Shown one piece after another: positions 57,199 through 57,311 of a stretch of 57,311 nt of DNA. Origin of the DNA: an uncultured Bacteroidales bacterium (GTDB lineage: Bacteria; Bacteroidota; Bacteroidia; Bacteroidales; UBA932). The stretch lies in assembly GCA_946545765.1 (NCBI GenBank), contig CAMNNS010000001.1:1-57311 (forward strand), read 5' to 3'. How positions within the stretch are numbered: the first letter of the stretch is position 1; each line of letters starts with the position of its first letter. A model generated the notes under the pieces. The model ran no database searches and was not told where the DNA came from. It saw only the letters and a list, made by a program, of their open reading frames with translations. The position numbers and the translations under genes are program-made.

Positions 57199-57311
57199 AT
57201 CTATTTTTTAAAGAAATTAACAACCTCTTTTATAATTAAAATAATAAGTAATTTATATATATATTTATTTTCTTTTGTTTATTATCTGTTAATATTGTTA
57301 AAAACTCTAAA

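Overview
The window is low-GC (about one third G+C by eye), densely packed chromosomal DNA. It looks like Bacteroidota, most likely Bacteroidales. The evidence is canonical TTTG-N18/19-TAnnTTTG promoters, a fused SecDF, Bacteroides-type frdAB, and Wza/Wzc plus CapD capsule genes. It is mostly housekeeping.

Gene content:
- 1-9.6 kb: one end of a surface-polysaccharide locus (WbpB-like, nucleotidyltransferase, Wzc, Wza, TviB-like, WbpP/TviC-like, CapD-like), followed by galE.
- 10.8-23.7 kb: a co-directional minus-strand array of rnr, gpmI, dnaE, a thiL-like gene, sufB, a pnuC-family gene, sufC and sufD.
- 23.9-31.4 kb: a lipid kinase, a Na/Pi cotransporter, secDF and a PD40/SPOR protein.
- 31.9-33.2 kb: tRNA-Ser(GCT) and tRNA-Pro(TGG) bracketing an AlkD-like gene.
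- 33.2-38.0 kb: glyQS, folK, sufT-like, sufE, a DUF486 membrane protein and sufS.
- 38.2-57.2 kb: SDR, ruvA, gcvH, threonine aldolase, a GNAT-like gene, mnmG-ybeY, mdh, tonB-like, hflX, DUF805, frdAB, a secreted protein, a GH20 hexosaminidase, an Ntn-hydrolase and ruvB.

I found no CRISPR array, no intact mobile element, no toxin-antitoxin or defence island, and no convincing novel multi-gene system.

The best non-obvious signal is at the DNA level. Two copies of a parS-type palindrome (TGTTCCACGTGGAAC[A/G]) lie 635 bp apart at the 3' end of mnmG, one of them inside a lineage-specific insertion in MnmG. This suggests the window covers the ParB centromere, origin-proximal zone.

Secondary oddities:
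- The suf genes are split into two clusters, each interrupted by a small membrane transporter.
- The ThiL-fold protein has degenerate catalytic motifs.
- FrdB carries a Cys-containing insertion, and frdAB has no adjacent cytochrome b anchor gene.
- Wzc has an extreme (GY)n tail.

All family assignments come from reading motifs in the translations. No database search was run.
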